Below, in pieces: positions 1-13,393 of a stretch of DNA of 64,000 bases (the stretch's first letter is position 1; each line of letters starts with the position of its first letter). The notes beneath the pieces are model-generated. The model had not been told where the DNA came from and searched no databases. It saw only the letters and a program-made list of their open reading frames with translations. The DNA is from Octopus sinensis (lineage: Eukaryota). The translations under genes were made by a program, and so were the position numbers. The stretch spans positions 96,348,001-96,412,000 of the forward strand of contig NC_043002.1 in NCBI RefSeq assembly GCF_006345805.1, written 5' to 3'.

Positions 1-1532
1 TAAGAAAGTCAAAATCTTCTATAGACAAGGTCCCTCTTTCTCAAATGAAGCTTCTTCATAAATTTAAACACTAAAATTGTTTCTAAACATACATACGCCA
101 TTAGTTTATGGCTAATTTCATAATAAACGGAGCATGTGAAATGTGAAAAATAACAATACAAAATTCACCATTCAGTTCTGTCCATGTAAACCATTGATTT
201 AATAGTTGTGCACTTGATTCAATTCCAGTAAAGTTTATTTTTGTGTTTTGTCAGACTCTACTAAGAATTTTGGATTTTCATTTTAGTAGATAAAATTTGA
301 ATTAGTAATACAGGTATATTCATTTAATCTTTGACCTGGTTTCTGTATCTTAGACAAGGCAAGAAAGTGAGAATTGTTTGTTGCTATTTTACCCCAGTTC
401 ATAAGTGATTAAGTAGACTTATAGTCTATTACCATCCTATGTTTATTTCAGGCATCATGTATTTCACACTGTGACCCAATGTGGTATCAGTTATCAGTTT
501 CTGTAACATAGTAGTATGAGATTTAAGGAAAATTTAGTTGCTATTTCTAACAGTTGAGCACCCATATAAAGACTCTTTTATTGATTTGAGATAGATTTAG
601 AAATGTATTATGGTAAAAATGATGCTCATAGCCATGTACAGAAGAATTAAGTTTTTAAGAATCAACATTAAACGCCTGAACATATTGTGTCAGTTTACTA
701 AGTTGTGTCACACAAAAGTAGTCATCTGCTACATGGTAGACATCCATTGAATAAATGCATAAATTGATTACACAATTTGACACAATGCCATAGATTAGTA
801 AAGGAGATATATGTAGGTAATTAGGTCACCCACAGTTAATGCCTGCTACCGTGCCTTCTTGAAGCATAGGGAGACTGGGCAGTTGCTCACAGTGAGAGAT
901 AGTCCAGAGCCTCTGTCTGTCATGGTTGACTATTTATCTGCATCTCTATGTGCAGGCCTTTACAAGGTTGTTTCTTTCTTTCTAGTGGGAGACTAGCAGG
1001 TGTCTGTGTATGCAAGTCACTTTTCTTTGCCCTCATGTTGTTCAAGGGAAAGGCATTTTTTTAAAAACGAATGCAGCTTGGCATTAGAATCATCAAACAT
1101 ATTGCTATCAGAACACAAGAAACCAGTACAAAGACTGCAAAGCAGTTCATCTGACACTCAAACAGTTCTACCAATTCATTTTATTGGACTGACAAAATGA
1201 TATTTTTTGTGATGCTGAATGGATGAAAAGCAAAGCTGACCATGGATTTTAATTCAGAGCACAAAGAGAGTTGAAACAAATACCATAAGGCATTCTATCT
1301 TTAAACCTCAAAAGACTTTGTCGGTTTGTGGCCTTGAGAGGTACTCCATTTATTAATTGGGCACCGTTATATTAGTTTTCAAAGATGACTTTAAATTGTC
1401 CCATGGTATTGAAAAACAAAAGGAAACCAATCTAGATTTCTTATTTTTAATGATAAAATTTAGACAAAAATGTCAGTAGTATCTTAATAATGTTCCTTTC
1501 TGATTTCTCTCTTTTTTTTTCTTTATATTCAG

Positions 1533-1660
1533 CTAATGTTGCTCCATACAAGCAGCTCCGAGGAGGTGTGGAATTAGTATCTGAAATTCCAAAATCAGCA
1601 GCTGGGAAAATACTACGTAGAATTTTGCGAGATTCTTATAAAAATAAGCTTAATGACTGA
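1533..1660 (+). CDS. Terminal exon of a 4-coumarate-CoA ligase / luciferin 4-monooxygenase-like acyl-CoA synthetase (ANL superfamily); upstream exons not found in the window
   Basis: Polypyrimidine tract and AG at 1531-1532, then (x)[49 protein letters not shown]...IPKSxxGKILRR is the C-terminal motif of 4CL/firefly-luciferase-like enzymes. Confidence 0.9.
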
Positions 1661-4600
1661 TGGTAAACCTTATATTTGTCTTGATTAATTACAATGAGAT
1701 GCCTTCAAAAATCATCTCTATCTTATTCAAATTATAATTCAGTTACATATTTCAGAAGACCGAAACAAAAACAAGAAATATATATATATATATGTGGGCT
1801 AAAACACACACAAAAGAATTTCATTCACTAAATTCTTTTTACTATTTCTACTATTTCTTAGGTTTTAATCATTGAACTCTTTTTTTTTTTAAAAATATCT
1901 TTCAACAGTTTTTTGATGTAGTTTTAATCAACTTGATTTCATTTTTTTTATACAACAAAAAATTGTGTATATTTGATTATACTTTTAGAATGATAGCTAC
2001 ATGTTTAGTAATAAGCTTCAATGTCAAGTTAAATATTAAGCATTCCAGTGACTCCATCAGAATTCTCTCAAACATTCGTTTCTGAATTAAGGTTGAGAAA
2101 TGTCTGCATGTTGTCACTTTATATTTTATTATACAGATAGTACAGTAACATTATTAAAAATATTTATGTCATACCCATTTCCTTACAGTGGCCAATTCAT
2201 ATGAACATCATTCCAACATATTTTTTAAATATATTTTATTTGTTTACACAAAGCTCAAGTATTGCTTGACCACATTTCAAAAGTAATTATTATTCACTGA
2301 TAACAATCCTTACATTTGGTTTTCCTTTGGAAGATAACCTCAGCAGTATTCACTTCAATGTTTTTGTAGTGGAGATTATTTTCAATGAAACAAGGCTTTC
2401 TGATAAGTCACTTTCCCTATTTAAAACACTGCATATAGCTAGATTTGATTTATAAACCGGTAGATTTCAAATTTCTCTTGAATAAAAATGATACAGCAAA
2501 TTATTACTAAAAAAGGTAGTATAATTGTAGTCTTAAAATACCAAATTATTTTAAGTAAAGAAAGCTGTTTAAATTCAAGACAATATTCTGCTTTTCTACA
2601 TTGAAACAATTATTTTATTATAAATCTTATTCTATCAATAGTTGTGAATCATTTACAGTGTTTTGTTTGCTGAAAGCAAATTAGATTTTTTCTATATAAA
2701 TTTATACTCAGTTACTATGAAAAATATTGCTGAAAAAGTTTGCTAATGAAATATGTTTTAATTTTTACTAACAAATTACATAATTAGAATACTTTTACGT
2801 GTGTTATTATTAATCAATATTTTAAGGTGGCGAACTGGTAGGATTGTTAGCACACCAGATGCAATGCTTAGTGATATTTCATCTATCTCTACATTCTGAG
2901 TTCAAATTCTGCCGAGTTCAACTTTACATCCTTTCAGGATCGATAAAATAAGTACCAGTTTATCACTGTAGTTGATGTAATTGACTAGCTCCAATCCCTC
3001 AAAATTTCAGGTCTTATATCTATAGAAGAAAGGATTATTGACTTTGCCTTTCATCCTTTTAAGGCCAATAAAATGATGTATGTATCAAGTGCTGGGTTGA
3101 TGAAATCAACTTACCCATTCCCCTAAAATTCCTGGCTTTGTGTCAAAATTTGAAAGATTTGGGGGCAGGGGAGATGGTGTTTTCAGGATTATAAAAACAT
3201 TTCTATGTTTCATTTTGCTAAATTATTCAACAGTAGAATTGCAAAACTGGCAAAATAACAACCAATATGCCTTACTGTATTTAGGTTCTTACCTTTAAAA
3301 TCTATGGTCAAATCCCTCCAATGTCAACTTTGTCTTTCATTCTTCTAAGGTCAATAGAATAAGTATCAGTCAAGTATCTAATCAATTATATACATCCCAC
3401 AAATTTGAGGCCTTGGGTGTATGCTGGAAATCCATAATATTCCCATTCAAGATTTTTTATTGCTTTTGTATTGCAATAAATATAGTCTCTCAAGCCTCAG
3501 AAAGACAGTTCTGCAACTTTTTGCTGAACAATCTGCACGGATGATTTGTTGATAGTGACTAAATATTTGTGCTGTACTCACTCTATCAAATCAACATTGC
3601 TTGTACAGGTTCACAGTGTACTACATATCAGATATCAAGATGATTGCTTTTGTATTATAACTGCCTTAATGCGTGTTAGAATTGGGGCTTAAATAGACTG
3701 GACTAACTTTTAGTCATACATTTTTATATAGATGCAATATTTTTACCAACTATTTATAATGGGTTTAAATAACAGTCCGATTTTCATAATTCATTACATC
3801 CACGATTCTGCATACAGGAAACCTCATACAGAGATAATTTACAAGAATGTAGTTCAGTAATATAACACTTTGAATTGTTTACATATCTGAAGATAAGTGT
3901 TCTTTTGAAACGAGATCTGTATTACATACTCTTGTAGCCTGTAGGCATGCCTAGAACTCAGTAATTTTGTGTTCATAATTGTAAAGAAAAAATAAATGGG
4001 TTTATACAAAAACGAAAAACGTGTCTTTAATTTTGTTTTTATCAATTTTGCTGTTTCCTTCTGATGTATAATAGTTTAATTTTAGCACTTTAGAACACCA
4101 AACTGCCTGAGTCGATATGGGAGACTCCACATGGTGGGCCAACCTGCTAGAAATAGCAAACAATACTTCCTCAAATCACGCCTGATCAATGACACTGAGT
4201 AGGGTCATAGGTACACAATGATTCATGATGTTCACAAAAGCTTATAGGTCTAATCTGGGGTTAAACTATAACAATAACCAGACTGTCATTTTCCTTGGTA
4301 TTTTGATACTCCATTACTAAGTATTTCTATTATACATTCTACTGTAACTTCAAGATCTTTACTAATATCATCCAGATGAGCTGAGAATTCATAATTCTTC
4401 ATTCAAGAAACTGATGACTTTATCTAGACAATCAGTGCAATGCATCTTTATTTGGTGTGTTATTTTTCTGGGTTTTGATTACTAATATTTTGTTACAGTA
4501 TTATTAAGCTGATAGTTTGAACGAGACCTATTGAGTCAAGTACGTCAACACCAACATCAAAATAATAATCAAATGGAAATTGTAGTCAAGATACCCGTGC

Positions 4601-5427
4601 TGGTGGCACATAAAAAGCAGCCATGACACTCAAGGAGTGGTTGACATTAGGAAGGGCATCCAGCTGTAGAAATACTGCCAGATCAGACTGGAGCCTGGCT
4701 TCCTAGACCCCGGCCAAACTGTCCAACCCATGCTAGCATGGAAAATGGACGTTAAACGATGATAATGATATTTTATATTTTAGATCACTTTTCAAGAAAT
4801 TTGTATCATTGGACCAAAGGCAGGTTAGTATGAAAAACATGTCAGCTAACAGATAAAACCTCTAGTCATCAGAGTGGTAGACTATTGTTGGTTTGTATTA
4901 GCATGAAGCCCTATGAAAATATAAACTGAAGATATTTATGTTGTAACATCAGATGGAACAGAATGTAACATTTCATGCAAGACACTTTATTTCTGAAAAA
5001 GAATATATAATTCTTATGGATTACAAAGTGTTGTACTTATTTTTTCCAGAGAAAGCAAACATACATGTAAGTGTGTAGTACAGTCTCTTTTCTGGTTTAA
5101 AAACTCACCTTTTCATTGTGCTGGTAGAATTTTAATTCTTAGGGTGCAAACAGCTACCTGTATACCTGAGGACTACCTTAGCTAACATGACTTAGTTTAA
5201 TTTCATATTTATTCTACTTGTGAAGAATTATATGAATGCCCATAGCCTAGTGTCTGATTTATGATCATATGGTTATAGGTTCAATTCCTGAACAGGGCAA
5301 CATATTGCATCCTTGAATAAGGCCCTTTATTATGTATTATACTGGATCATCCCATAAATAATGCGTTGTTTTTTTCAATTGCATGAACTAAAAGTCGAAG
5401 GGGGATGGGATAAACTACCTGTATCAA

Positions 5428-6463
5428 CTTGCATATTTTGCTATATGAGTTCAATAAAAGCAACAATGCATCGGAAAGTGCGAGGAATAGTAATGCAGTG
5501 TAAGGAGATTGGACAATAAGTGTAAGCCAGCGTCAATGGCGGTTCCAGAAATTCCAAGCCAGAAACTACAGCCTAGAAAACAAGCCTCGTCCTGGAAGAT
5601 CTGTAGAGTTCAACAAGGACATCTTGCAAACACTGGTGGAAGAAAATCCCATCGTAACTGTTGAGGAACTAGCAGAGAAGCTTGGATTTGGTCATTGACA
5701 CTTGTGTGCCATCAGAAAAGTCAGCAAATTGGGTCAATGTGCTCCTCACAAACTTTCTGAGTCTTATCATGCACCAAGAGTGAATGTGGGCTATTCTTTG
5801 CTGTCATGTATCAGGAATGAACCGTTTTGTGACCGAATAGTGACTGGTGACAAGAAATGGGTTCTCTATAAAAATGTCAAGTGTCAAAGGTGGTGGGTAG
5901 GGAAAGGAGAAACACTGGTACCCCAGGCTCAAGGTCTTCACCCACATAAGGTATTGTTGTTTGTTTGGTGGATATGAAAGGTTTACCACTTTGAACTGTT
6001 AAACCTAAACCAAACAATAACAAAGGAGATCTGCGAACAGCTTGAGAGACTTAAGTCAGTGCTAGAACAATGATGATCATCTACGGTTTCAAGACAAAAT
6101 AACGATCTCAAAAACTGCAACTTTTTCAAAGCATAAAATATCCATCAGGATAATACTTGACCACATACATCAAGGATGACATTCGAGCGGCTGGAGCTGT
6201 TCGAATGGGAAACAATGCCCCAACTCACCATATTCGCCAGTCATTGCCCCATCTGATTATCATTTAGTCTGCAGTCTTCAAAATCATTTGGACAGAAAAA
6301 TATGAATTCTGTAGACAAGGTCCGAACAGTACTGGAGGAATATTTTTCATCAGAGACAAGTGAATTTTGGAGAGGGGCCTTGCAAGTCTATCAGATATAT
6401 GCAAGAGCATTGTAGAAAATGAAGGAGAGTATATTTTAGATTAAAAAAGAACTTTGTTTATCT
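5428..6463 (+). mobile_element. Decayed mariner (Tc1/mariner) transposase copy
   Basis: Broken frames give HILLYEF...QRRFQKF...LExKPRPGR, W(C)APHKL, CDRIVTGDKKWVLYKN, a P.SPxxAPSDY-like segment and FWRG..SL. Confidence 0.8.
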
Positions 6464-6464
6464 T

Positions 6465-9150
6465 CATCATCATCATCATCGTCGTTTAGCGTCCGTTTTC
6501 CATGCTAGCATGGGTTGGACGGTTCTACTGGGGTCTGTGAAGCCAGAAGGCTTCATCAGGCCCAGTCAAATCTGGCAGTGTTTCTACGGCTGGATGCCCT
6601 TCCTAACGCCAACCACTCCGTGAGTGTAGTGGGTGCTTTTTACGTGCCACCCGCACAGGTGCCAGACAGAGCTGGCAAACGGCCACGAATGGATGGTGGT
6701 TTTTATGTGCCACCGGCACAAGGGCCAGGCGAGGCTGGCAACGGACACGAAACGGGGCGGTGCTGGCAATGGTCGCGAAACGGAAGGTTCTCTTACATGC
6801 CACCGGCACTGGTAACACATCTGCAATTTCCATTGATCGATTTCCATATATATATCATCATCATCATTTAACGTCCGCTTTCCATGCTAGCATGGGTTGG
6901 ACGGTTCAACTGGGGTCTGGGGAGCCCGAAAGCTGCACCAGTCCAGTCAGATCTGGCAGTGTTTCTACAGCTGGATGCCCTTCCTAACGCCAACCACTCC
7001 GAGAGTGTAGTGGGTGATTTTATGTGCCACCGACACAGGTGCCAGACGAGGCTGGCAGACGGCCACGCTCGGATGGTGTTTTTATGTGCCACCGACACAG
7101 GTGCCAGATGAGGCTGGCAAACGGCCACGATCGGATGGTGCTTGTACGTGCCCACAGCACGGAGGCCAGTCGATGCGGTACTGGCTACGGCCACGTTCGG
7201 ATGGTTTTCTTATGTGCCACGTGCCACCGGCACTGGTACCACAAAGATACAAATTCCATTGATGTTCATCTATTTTGATTTGTTTTGATTTTCACTTGCC
7301 TCAACAGGTCTCACAAGTGTCACAAGAAGGAAGGTATGCACAGGTGGACTGACTACGTCCCAGGTAGGGGCCATGGGTTATGGCCTGACTAGTCTTGCCG
7401 GGTCTTCGGATGGTGTTTTTATGTGCCACCGACACAGGTGCTAGATGAGGTTGGCGAACGGCCACGATCGGATGGTGTTTGTCATGTGCCCACCGCACTG
7501 ACTACGGCACTGATGGATTTCTTGTGTGCCACAGGCACTGGTACCACAAGATACAAATTCCATTGATGTTCATCTATTTTGTCTATTTTGATTTGATTTG
7601 ATTTTCACTTGCCTCAACCGGTCTTCACAAGTGTCACAAGAAGGAAGGTATGCACAGGTGGACTGACTAGACTTGCCGGGTCTTCGGAAGGTGTTTTTAT
7701 GTGCCACTGACACAGGTGCCAGATGAGGCTGGCGAACGGCCATGATCGGATGGTGTTTGTTAAGTGCCCACAGCACGGAGGCCGGTCGATGCGGAACTGG
7801 CTACGGCCACGTTCGGATGGTTCTCTTGTGTGCCACCGGCACTGGTACCACAAAGTGTGTGCCACCGGCACTGGTACCACAAAGATACAGATTCCATTGA
7901 TGTTCATCTATTTTGATTTGTTTTGATTTGATTTTCACTTGCCTCAACAGGTCTTCACAAGTGTCACAAGAAGGAAGGTATGCACAGGTGGACTGACTAC
8001 GTCCCAGGAAGTGCCATGGGTTATGGCCTGACTAGTCTTGCCGGGTCTTCGGTTTGTGTTTTTATGTGCCACCGACACAGGTGCTAGATGAGGCTGGCGA
8101 ACGGCCACGATCGGATGGTGTTTGTCATGTGCCCACAGCACGGAGGCCAGTCGATGCGGTACTGGCTACGGCCACTTTCGGATGGTTTTCTCTTGTGTGC
8201 CACCGCACTGGTACCACAACGATACAAATTCCATTGATGTTCATCTATTTTGATTTGTTTTGATTTGATTTTGATTTTGATTTTCACTTGCCTCAACAGG
8301 CCTTCACAAGTATCACAAGGAGGAAGGTATGCACAGGTGGACTGACTACGTCCCAGGTAGGGGCCATGGTTTATGGCCTGACTAGTCTTGCCGGGTCTTC
8401 GGAAGGTGTTTTTATGTGCCACCGACACAGGTGCTAGATGAGGCTGGCGAACGGCCACGACCGGATGGTGTTTGTTATGTGCCCACAGCACGATGGCCAG
8501 TGATGCGGTACTGACTACGGCCATGTTCGGATGGATTCTTGTGTGCCACCGGCACTGGTACCACAAGCGGTACTGACTACTTTTTATGTGCCACCGACAC
8601 AGGTGCTAGATGAGGCTGGCGAACGGCTACGACCGGATGGTGTTTGTTATGTGCCCACAGCACGATGGCCAGTGATGCGGTACTGACTATGGTCACGTTC
8701 GGATGGATTCTTGTGTGCCACCAGCACTGGTACCACAAGCGGTACTGACTACGGCCACGTTCGGATGGATTCTTGTGTGCCACCGGCACTGGTACCACAA
8801 GCGGTACTGACTACGGCCACGTTCGGATGGATTCTTGTGTGCCACGGCACTGGTACCACAAGGATACAAATTCCATTGATGTTCATCTATTTTGATTTGT
8901 TTTGATTTGATTTTGATTTTCACTTGCCTCAGCAGGTCTTCACAAGTGTCACAAGAAGGAAGGTATGTACAGGTGGACTGACTACGTCCCAGGTAGGGCC
9001 CACGGGTTATGACCTGACTAGTCTTGCCGGGTCTTCGGATGGTGTTTTTATGTGCCACCATGTTCCCACAGCACGGAGGCCAGTCGATGCGGTACTGGCT
9101 ACGGCCATGTTCGGATGGTTTTCTTGTGTGCCACAGGCACTGGTACCACG
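6465..9150. repeat. SINE-derived complex tandem array: two SINE copies followed by ~300-340 bp units and 62-bp subunits
   Basis: gatacaaattccattgatgttcatctattttg recurs near 7248, 7551, 7885, 8221 and 8863. cggatggattcttgtgtgccac recurs at 8700, 8762 and 8824. Confidence 0.85.
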
Positions 9151-11598
9151 AAAAATGAAAGAAGTATAAAAAAAACGCATTATTTATGGGATGACCCAAT
9201 ACATATAAGCCCTTGCTCCAGCTGAAATTGAACACAACTTTAGTTTCCAGCTGGGTTAATGAGAAGGAGGGCCAAAAGGATGTCTATGTCTGCTCATGGC
9301 CATACAAACACCTAAACCAATAAAAGTTTGTTATATGTTACCAAATCAAGACACATTTCCAAGTGATGGCTACAGTTTGTAAAGAAATATAAAAGTTGCT
9401 CCAAAAACAAGGCCTCACTGATAAACTCTCATGGTGATGCCACATCCATAACACAGCCAAAAAATGTATCCCAAAGAATATCTTTGCTTTTCTGAGCCTG
9501 AAAATAAGTGTCCCAAACTACAATGCTCAGGTGATATCTAGAATGGTATACTACTTTGACTTCTGTTACTTACACAAACATCCCAGACCTCATCTAAAAG
9601 AAAGTACTTACTCATCACCACACTCCCACATCTTGCTTTCCTTACAAAAGCCGACTACTTGCATACCAGCCCCAGCTACACATTAACCATCATACTCGAT
9701 TCTTCCTCCCCAAAAGATGAAACCTCTCAAATTCCCTGCCCACCTATCTGAACATAAGCCATATCAATGTCACCAATCTCTCAAAGATGCAATGAGCGAA
9801 GTCATAGGTACAGCTCAACCCTTCTCACTAACATCATTAAATTCTGTTTTTTTTTTTTAATATGTTTGACACTTCATCTTATGATGTTCATGTAGAAAAT
9901 TACAAACTGAAATATGGATTCAATTTAGAAGAAACCAGTTATATGAACAGTTTCTGTTTTTAATCATAAGGTATGAATGTCAACAGCATCATCAGTTTTA
10001 CATCTATTTTCCATGGTGGCATGGGTTAGATGTTTGACAAGGACCTAACATTTTATTCTATGATTTCTGTGGTTGGAAGCTCTTCTTAATGCCAACCACT
10101 TTACAGCATAGTGGGTGCTTTTTTTCATTCTACCAACACTAGTAAGATTGCCTTGTAACTTGCAAGACTAAAGAACCCCATCAACCAAGAAGGAGAATAA
10201 TAGTAGTTGCTTTGACTGAAGCATTGAGATTTTAAGATATCATTCGAGGAATAGGAACAGGTTTATAGTGGGTGGGGATCTGTGACGACTTTTCCTAGAT
10301 TGGAGTATTTGGAGAGGTACTACTGGTTAAGAAGCTTGCTTTGTAATTATTTTGGTTCTGGGTTCAATACCACTATACAGTACATGAGTAAATGCTTTTA
10401 CCATGGCTGTAGGTTAGCCAATGCTTTCTGAATGGAGTATGGAAACTGTGTAAAAGCCTATCATGTATTTGTGTGCATATCTCATTTACTGATAATATAT
10501 TAGTGATATATAATGAAAAAAAAATGAAGAAACTGGTGCTCTTAAAATTATGATCTTTGCAATATTTCTTCAGCACCAAATTAATTGTCCCTCTCACCAT
10601 CAAAACTATAAGGAACCAGTGTCTGGCCCATTTTAAAACCTATAAGCAATGGCAGTGTAATTCACCAACTGAGATTTTTAAAAATGGCAATTTCAGATTT
10701 ATCTCAAGCACTACATTGTATTTTGGAGTAAAATGAATCATTCAACTGACTCAAATTGTATTTTTTTAAATATGTATATACTAATCTCTTATTATAAAAG
10801 GCAGATTTTATCTGCCTCCCTTTGTCAGTTATAGAAATCTACAATATAGGATTTCTTCAATTACAATTTACCTAGCATTTTTAAGAGTAGAATGCATCGG
10901 GTCATGCCAGGTCCAGTTTTTAAAATTTAAATTCCAATTAAGCAAAATTTACAGAAAACTCACATTCTGGTGTGTATGTCAAATGCTTTTCTTAATGTGG
11001 TTTACACCACACGCACACACATAGTGTGCAACGAATAAACTGAAAGTAATTCACTGTGTGTGTGTTGACAGGTAGACAATAGAATGCGATGGCGATGTAA
11101 TATTTGTTTCTGTCTATCACGCTGATAGATACATGAGTAAAATGTTCTTGGAAGAGAGTAAATAGCGACAGAGTGATTTGAGGAAGACTAAACTGAAAGT
11201 ATGAAACAGTGTTTATGTATAAACAGACGACACTTATATATAGTTATTAATAAATGTATGCATCCGTTTAACCCTTTCGTTACCAAACCGCCCGAATTTA
11301 CCTATTCATATTTAAATGAGAATATCAGAGTAAATCTCTTTAGTACATTCGGGAAAACACGTATTATACTTCGTAAACACTTCAAATACAGTTTTGTACA
11401 AAAATCGAAGTGTAATTTTAATTCCGTGAATTATGGGAGATTTTTTTCCGAAATTTGTTCCTATTGTGTTTTCAAAATTTGTAATTCTGACAAAAAATGG
11501 ATACGAATTTCATTATATCAAGCAGCGAGTCAGAATTCGAAGGATTTTCTACTGAAGACCTTCATAAATCTAACTCTATGACTGAAAAAAAAAAAGCA

Positions 11599-11984
11599 TC
11601 TTTATATAAGAGTGAAGTTGTGTGTCTGTCTCCTACGATTTAGATTCGTAACTACTCCCACATTTTGCGGTGCAGTTTAACCAAAAGCGGGTATCTTATA
11701 GTCATGATTCATATCGAGCCCTTCTGGGTATTAGCGCGCGTCTACGATGAGTCTACGATTTTAAAAAAATTTACCATCATATTTTTCCATTTTAATGCAT
11801 TTTTTCGCTTTTATATAAGGGAAGTAACTCTCTAAAAATATCTACGATGTGTCAACGATTTAAAAAAAAAATTTACCTTAATTTTTTTTCAATTTTTAAT
11901 GCATTTTTTTGCTATTTTTTGGCTATAACTCTCTAAAAATGCTTATATAGTTATTTCCCTTACAACCCCGGGCGATACTGCTAG
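11599..11984 (+). mobile_element. Non-autonomous Helitron
   Basis: A|TC start and CTAG|T end with no TSD; subterminal hairpin partly deleted; same family as the copies at 15031, 34080, 35124 and 41617. Confidence 0.7.
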
Positions 11985-12252
11985 TATTAAAATAAAAGGA
12001 TTGGGATAAAAGCTTGTAAAAGAAGCATCCTAAAAGTGAAATTTTAAAATATACAGATTATATGCCTTTGTCAGTTAAATTCAAAGATAAGAATTAGGGT
12101 ATCTCTGACAAAAAAAAAAAATTAAAACAGTGGCATGCAATATTTTATTTCATTGAAACATTATTTATAAACAAATCTTGTAGATGGTTGTGTTTTTTTA
12201 TAGCCCAACCATATTTATCTGTGTACCCCTCTTTCTCAATATATATATATAT

Positions 12253-12990
12253 ATACGTGGTCTGATCAATAAGTATCCAGACTGTTAAAGCATGCAGAGT
12301 AAAGCCGCTTGGTACAGATCGACCTTAAACTCTGGCGTGCATGCGCACTAAGTTTTAACATTCTAGCTCACTTCTATTGTTTACAGCAGTGCTTGGAAGG
12401 AAGGTGTGTAACATGTGATCATCACATTGACAATAACAGAGAAAGTTAAGTAGAGAATCTGCATCAAATTTTGCCAAAAGCTTGGCGATACCTGCTCAGA
12501 GCCCCATGCAAAGTTTTCAAAAAGTTTCCACCATACTTGAAACAATCAAGGAGATCGATCTTGCAGGTGTCTCTTTGGTCAGCTGAAAGCAGTTTTGCCA
12601 CAAACTTGGCAGACATGCATCTCATACCCAAATCTTCAGTGATAATGGACTGAACTGAACCATAACTAATCTGCACATGCTCTGATAACTAACAAATGGT
12701 GATTTGACGATTTTCCCTCAAGGCTGCATGCACATCTGCAATGTTTTTCTCACTTCTGCTGGTTGTGGTTCTCTCATTGCCGTGACAACATTCTCTGTCA
12801 TGGTCAATGCAACAATCACATGCTACATGCCTTTCTTCCAAGCACCGCTGTAAACAGAAGAAATGAGCAGGAATGTTAAAACTTAGTGCACATGCACAGC
12901 AGAGTTCAAGGTCAATCTTTGCCAAGCGGCTTCACTCTGCATGCTTTAGCTTTGTTACTATGGCAACAGTCCGGATTAATCAGACATATA
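12253..12990 (-). mobile_element. Internally deleted mariner element with degenerate TIRs in TA context
   Basis: Minus-strand fragments RSEKNIADVHAALRENRQIT and ISYGSVQSIITEDLGMRCMSAKFVAKLL. Ends tacgtggtctgatcaataagtatccagactg and cagtccggattaatcagacata. Confidence 0.7.
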
Positions 12991-13393
12991 TATATATATA
13001 TAAATGTATGTATGTATATGTATCACATTCTTCTGAAGATCGGAAAAAAATCAGAATAACAATTGATAAAGTTTTCAGCTTAATTTCACCAGGCTATCTT
13101 GCTCCTTTTTTGACACTTCATAAAAATGAAGTATTTTGTAGTTGCCCAGTAACCCATAAAAGGTAACTGGAAAAGTAAGTATATGACAACAGGATCAGTA
13201 GTATGGCAAACAAAATGCCTTGTGATATTTAGTTACATCCTTATCCAGTCTGAGTTCAATACTTCCAAGATCAATAGGTACATACTAATTTGATTTAACC
13301 CACTCCTCTGCCAAGATTTGCGACCTGTTAAAATACATATATATATATATATATTTATAAATTACTTAATCCAAATGTAAATGTTTAATTTAT

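Noticed and set aside
1533-1660. Calling this gene a luciferase
   Set aside because: The motif is shared by all 4CL-like acyl-CoA synthetases; one exon cannot support a light-emitting function.
8500-8870. Regularly spaced repeats superficially like a CRISPR array
   Set aside because: Units are contiguous with no unique spacers, the context is eukaryotic, and there are no cas genes.
6515-9235. Cluster of similar ORFs (MCHRHRCQ..., HKNTIRRP...) that looks like a gene family
   Set aside because: All derive from SINE and tandem-array sequence and recur wherever that SINE occurs (47.4, 55.4 and 58.1 kb).
9200-13390. A KAT14/CSRP2BP cistron downstream of PET117, as in the human locus
   Set aside because: No such exons were recognised; the region holds repeats and then the convergent 4CL-like gene.
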